A stretch of DNA of 32,000 nucleotides from Candidatus Karelsulcia muelleri PSPU (GTDB lineage Bacteria > Bacteroidota > Bacteroidia > Flavobacteriales > Blattabacteriaceae): contig NZ_AP013293.1 in assembly GCF_000829155.1 (NCBI RefSeq), positions 240,001 to 272,000 on the forward strand, read 5' to 3'. Positions 30,394 through 32,000 of the stretch are shown one piece after another (the first letter of the stretch is position 1; every line of letters begins with the position of its first letter). A model generated the notes under the pieces. The model was given only the letters and a program-made list of their open reading frames with translations, was not told the DNA's origin and ran no database searches. A program made the position numbers and the translations under genes.

Positions 30394-31368
30394 ATGAAAA
30401 AAATTAATAATGATATATATTTAAAATGGTTTAAAGATATGTCATTTTGGAGAAAATTTGAAGATAAATGTAGGTCTTTATACTTAAAACAAAAAATAAG
30501 AGGATTTTTACATTTATACAATGGCCAAGAAGCTATACCTGCAGGTATTGTTCATGCTATGGATCTTAATAAAGATCAAATGATTACTGCTTATAGATGT
30601 CATATTTTACCTCTTGCTATGGGGGTAGACCCTAAAAATATTATGGCTGAATTATTGGGGAAAAATACTGGAACTTCTTATGGAATGGGGGGGTCTATGC
30701 ATATTTTTAGTAAAAAATATCGTTTTTATGGAGGTCATGGAATTGTTGGCGGACAAATTCCTTTAGGAGCAGGAATTGCATTTGCTGATAAATATTTTTC
30801 TCGTGATGCTGTAACATTAACAATTATGGGTGATGGAGCTGTTAATCAAGGATCACTTCATGAAACTTTTAATATGGCCATGATTTGGAAATTACCTGTT
30901 GTGTTTATATGCGAAAATAATAAATATGCAATGGGCACTTCCGTAAAAAGAAGTTCGAATATTAAAGAAATCTATAAAATAGGTTTTTCATATAAAATGC
31001 CATCTTTTTGTGTAGATGGAATGAATCCTATAAAAATATATGAACATGCTTATAATGCCATCTCAAGAGCTAGAAATGGTAATGGTCCTACATTTTTAGA
31101 TATTCGCACTTATAGATATAGAGGTCATTCTATGTCAGATTCAGAATCATATAGGAGTAAAAAAGAAGTAAATGAATATAAAAATAGAGATCCTATTATT
31201 TTAATAAAGAAATATATTTTAGAAAAAAAATTAGTTACAGAAAAAAAATTAAATTCATTTAAAGATGAAATTAATCAAAAAATTGATGAATGTGTTCAAT
31301 TTGCAGAATTGTCAAATTATACAAATGTAAAAAAAATGTATAGTGTAGTTTATAATAAAAAAAATTAA
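30394..31368 (+). CDS. pdhA: Pyruvate dehydrogenase E1 component, alpha subunit
   Basis: 324 aa; HLYNGQEAIPAGIVHAM, YRCHILPLAMGVDPKNIMAELLGKNTGTSYGMGGSMH, TPP motif GDGAVNQGSLHETFNMAMIWKLPVVFICENN. Confidence 0.96.
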   Translation: MKKINNDIYLKWFKDMSFWRKFEDKCRSLYLKQKIRGFLHLYNGQEAIPAGIVHAMDLNKDQMITAYRCHILPLAMGVDPKNIMAELLGKNTGTSYGMGGSMHIFSKKYRFYGGHGIVGGQIPLGAGIAFADKYFSRDAVTLTIMGDGAVNQGSLHETFNMAMIWKLPVVFICENNKYAMGTSVKRSSNIKEIYKIGFSYKMPSFCVDGMNPIKIYEHAYNAISRARNGNGPTFLDIRTYRYRGHSMSDSESYRSKKEVNEYKNRDPIILIKKYILEKKLVTEKKLNSFKDEINQKIDECVQFAELSNYTNVKKMYSVVYNKKN

Positions 31369-31391
31369 TTAATTAATAAAATTAAAAAAAT

Positions 31392-32000
31392 ATGGCAGAA
31401 GTTATATTGATGCCTCGTTTAAGCGATACTATGGAAGAAGGTACTGTTGTCAAATGGCATAAAAATATAGGTGATCAAATTTTAGAAGGAGATATTTTAG
31501 CTGAAATCGAAACGGATAAAGCCATTCAGGAATTTGAAGCTGAATATAATTCGACATTACTTTATATTGGAATTAAAGAAGGAGAAAGTGCCCCAGTAAA
31601 TAGTTTATTAGCTATTTTAGGTTCTGAACATGAAGATATTAGTTCTTTGCTAAAAGAAAGAAATGAAAAAAAAATTTTTGTTTCTCCTTTAGCTAAAAAA
31701 ATTGCTTTTGATAAAGGAATCTCATTAGATCAGATTAAAGGCACTGGAAATAATGGACGTATTATAAAAAAAGATATAGAAAAATATTATAAAAAAAATA
31801 AATTAAATTATAATGAAGTTGATCATTCTCATATGAGAAAAATAATTAGTAAAAGATTAATTAATTCTAAAATTGAATCACCTCATTATTCTTTATTTAT
31901 AGAAATAATTATGGATAATTTAATTAAATTAAGAAACTCTCTTAATGAAAAAAAAAATTTAAATAAAATATCTTTTAATGATTTAATTGTGAAAGCTTCA
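31392..32000 (+). CDS. Pyruvate dehydrogenase E2 component (dihydrolipoamide acetyltransferase), N-terminal part (runs off the right edge)
   Basis: ATG at 31392: MAEVILMPRLSDTMEEGTVVKWHKNIGDQILEGDILAEIETDKAIQEFEAEYNSTLLYIGIKEGESAPVNSLLAIL (one lipoyl domain), then the subunit-binding domain VSPLAKKIAFDKGISLDQIKGTGNNGRIIKKDIE and HMRKIISKRLINSKIESPHYSLFIEI. Not in the ORF track because it is partial. Confidence 0.93.
   Translation, partial: MAEVILMPRLSDTMEEGTVVKWHKNIGDQILEGDILAEIETDKAIQEFEAEYNSTLLYIGIKEGESAPVNSLLAILGSEHEDISSLLKERNEKKIFVSPLAKKIAFDKGISLDQIKGTGNNGRIIKKDIEKYYKKNKLNYNEVDHSHMRKIISKRLINSKIESPHYSLFIEIIMDNLIKLRNSLNEKKNLNKISFNDLIVKAS

Noticed and set aside
1-32000. Search for CRISPR arrays, transposases, integrases, phage genes, toxin-antitoxin or defence modules
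   Set aside because: No repeat-spacer structure and no mobile or defence protein motif was seen on either strand. Repeats are limited to low-complexity A/T runs expected from composition.

Overview
The window is a compact, very AT-rich bacterial genome segment. Gene content and protein motifs fit a reduced Bacteroidota (Flavobacteriales-like) insect endosymbiont of the Blattabacterium type; that taxon is an inference. Nearly all of it is explained by conserved housekeeping genes. The minus-strand block is fba (partial)-nusB-rpoD-pnp-rpsO-ubiE. A long plus-strand str/S10/spc/alpha ribosomal superoperon runs from rpmE through rpsL to rplQ. It is followed by dapF(-), rsmH(+), RNase P RNA(-), a P5C-dehydrogenase-like gene(-), mutL(-), argH(+, GTG start), lysS(-), tRNA-Arg(ACG)(-), pdhA(+) and an E2 gene (partial, +). 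Three features are missing from the supplied ORF track: rpmJ (19060-19176), rnpB (about 23808-24111, minus) and tRNA-Arg (30234-30307, minus). I see no novel multi-gene system, CRISPR array or mobile element. The best lead is the P5C dehydrogenase homologue. Its catalytic cysteine is a leucine (GQKLSA instead of GQKCSA), and the conserved C-terminal PFGGARxSGTNDKxG loop is deleted or rewritten, yet the ORF stays open. Secondary leads are a MutL with an altered endonuclease motif, a miniaturised RNase P RNA, the absence of rpmC/rpmD/map from their canonical positions, a truncated L23, and long in-frame A and G homopolymers in essential genes.
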